From the NCBI GenBank assembly GCA_043228905.1, contig JBHGNT010000018.1, positions 12,772,001 to 12,836,000 of the forward strand: a stretch of 64,000 nucleotides of DNA, given 5' to 3'. The notes under the pieces are model-generated. The model had not been told where the DNA came from. It made no database searches and saw only the letters and a program-made list of their open reading frames with translations. Origin of the DNA: Azolla caroliniana. Taxonomy: Eukaryota > Plantae > Polypodiophyta. Below, piece after piece: positions 61,612 through 64,000 of this stretch. Both the position numbers and the translations under genes were made by a program. The first letter of the stretch is position 1. Every line of letters begins with the position of its first letter.

Positions 61612-62041
61612 AGAGGTGGCAGCTCCACGTTGATGCCAATCGGCTCTTACGACCCCTAGCCCCCGGAATCTTGCTATGCTTCCAAAAAAAAACCCTTGAA
61701 ACTATATGAATAAGTGTAGAATTTATCTACATGTCCCTATCAGTTGTTTGGACAAAGCTTTTTTACAAAACATAGGTGGTGCCCGCCCATCATGTAGCTC
61801 TCATGACAATCGGCATATTTGCCTCAATAGAGAGGTGGCAGCTCCACGTTGATGCCAATCAGCTCTAACGACCCTAACCCCCGGAATCTTACCATGCTTC
61901 CAACACAAAACCCTCGAAACTATATGAATAAGTGTAGAATTTATCTACACGGCCTGTCGGTTGTTTGGACAAAGCTTTTCTACAGAACATAGGTGGTGTC
62001 CACCCATCATGTAGCTCTGATGACAATCGACATATTTGCCT
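61612..62041. repeat. Tandem duplication, 219-bp period, 2 copies, upstream of ALA
   Basis: AGAGGTGGCAGCTCCACGTTGATGCCAATC at 61612 and 61831. Confidence 0.92.
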
Positions 62042-62888
62042 TTTTCGTGTGTTGCAATACATACATATGGTAAGAGGCAAGACCTCGATTTGAGTTGCAA
62101 ATCCACACAAAAATAATAATATTAAAACTAGGAATATAGAAAATATCCATGCTCAAAATAATATATCTAGAAGGATCTCCGCAAAGGGCAATCAATCACG
62201 AAGGAACTAGCGAATTTGTTGACAATAAATAAAGAGACAATCCAGAAGAGGACTTCACGAAATGAAAGTCGACAACTAGATACCTTCTTATTTGATGTTA
62301 GTTCGATGGTCCATAGTGCCCAAAATCCAACCCAATGCTAAAAAGATAGCATGGCCTATACCAAAATACATGTTTGTAGAAGAACACCTTAGAAAATAAC
62401 AAGTGAAATATTCTCCTAGATTTCTTGAGGGGAGATCAATTCAAAGTATAACTAACCAACATCTCCACAAGAAAATCCTCTATTTATGTCAAGAAACCTT
62501 ATTAAAAAATTCAAACAACATCTAGCAACGGCTTTTATTGAAACTTTATTTATGTCAAGATAACTTTATTAAAACATCGAAACGACAAATTGCTCAAGTT
62601 GGACACAATCTTACACTTCCAAGTACAAAATTGACAGCTTCGAAAACGTGCCACCTCACAAGTCTTTACAATGTAATGTCATGATAATTCGAAGAATCAA
62701 TGTGTGCATGGGTAGAATCGTCAAGAGTTATGGACCAAGACATGGATGAAAGACAACGATAAACAAGTAGGGTTTCAAGAATTGAACAAGAATCAAGATA
62801 AATAATTTAGTAGACAATAGATGTGCCATAGGAAATGGTAGAAATATTTGAGTTGTAGTAGTAGAAGTAGTCAATTTGGATTACAAAT

Positions 62889-62894
<6 letters not shown>

Positions 62895-62947
<53 letters not shown>
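62895..62947. repeat. (CT)n(AT)n microsatellite
   Basis: Read directly. Confidence 0.92.
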
Positions 62948-64000
62948 CTTGGAAACAATTTATATAGGTCAAGTAGTTTTGCCTTAAGCACTCTTTCATA
63001 ATATCTTTGTGTTTTTTTTACCTAGCCATAATTAGAGCTTGCCATTTTAAGCATACGTGAGTGCTCACCTAGGTCATTATATCTCATCACCTTTTCCTTT
63101 ATTCGATACAAAAGTTATTTTTCAAACCTTCGAAGTTCAATCTAAGTGGGGCTCAAATCATCAACCTTTAATTCGGTAACTATGTGCATCAATTGAGTTA
63201 CTAATCAATTAAACACCAAATGGGATGATTATTTCTAAGATAAGGATAATATAAGGAAATAGATAAGATAGTGAAGAGAAAGAGAGATAAAGATGGATGT
63301 CGATCCACCTGACCATCCCCAAGCGAAGGGATCGAGACAAACCCAAGCCTTGGGCAACATCCCATACCACCATTATGGCTTTGGCGTGTGCTCGCCACAA
63401 GAGTCTGTTTGATAGGCACAAGCTTCATAGTTGTTAGTTTCTTTGGCACATCATTCAAGGATTTAGTCTACATGATATGATTAGCCTTACTATGCTCTTT
63501 CAAGGACCACATGAAGACAAGTCATGCCCTTACCTTGATATGATTAGCCTTTGTTGTGCTCTTTTAATAGACAAAGATGTTTGGTTTCACAAGATCTATT
63601 ATGAACCTATATCAAACTCCAAACTCCTAATAAAGATTTAAGCCCATGACCTCTTAAAGGAAGATGTGTAACTTCAACCAGTTGGATAAATTATATTCTC
63701 CATAATATTTTTATGACTTTCATTAGGTCATTAGGATACATATGTAATATTATGAAATATCGCCACCTCGCATATGGCTAACACATGATCACCAAGTATT
63801 ATGCTTGCATGAATGCCAAGTGGCGATCATGTATGCCTACGAGGTGGCGAGCATGTATGTGTCCAAACCATGCTATATAAGCATGTATCCGAGTATTTAT
63901 GAGCCATTCTGATTCAATGCCATTCTTCAACATATTCTTGGAACCCTTGTTCTCATTGTTAATACATTGTAAATCTCCTCTTATTTTCCTCATTTCATTC

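Noticed and set aside
62050-64000. Possible degraded TE
   Set aside because: No recognisable motif or terminus.

Overview
Plant nuclear DNA; the retroelement types suggest a non-seed plant such as a fern or lycophyte (inference). Two host genes point toward each other: the last two exons of a Sec14/CRAL-TRIO gene (791-1404, +) and a complete 11-exon P4-ATPase (ALA-type flippase, 54116-60167, -). Between them lies a ~50 kb transposon nest. Nest A is a decayed Sola2-like DNA transposon (~2381-28722). It contains a chromovirus Ty3 (5292-22373, TSD ACATG), which contains a second Ty3 with an extra 3' ORF (6098-17409, TSD GGGTT), which contains an intact Copia with identical LTRs (8634-14057, TSD CAGAG); it also contains a truncated Copia. 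Nest B is a Copia LTR split by another Copia (~29612-50163), which hosts a solo Ty3 LTR, a full-length tRNA-Trp-primed Ty3 (4-bp TSD) and a solo LTR interrupted by a young Copia. Main observations: (1) two unrelated Ty3 families carry an antisense tRNA-like A-box/B-box module in U3 of their LTRs (5 copies); (2) the chromovirus appears to self-prime like Tf1; (3) a 247-bp mitochondrial rrn26 fragment sits inside its RT; (4) three Copia elements share a stem that loops out the PPT. All calls were made by eye, without database searches.
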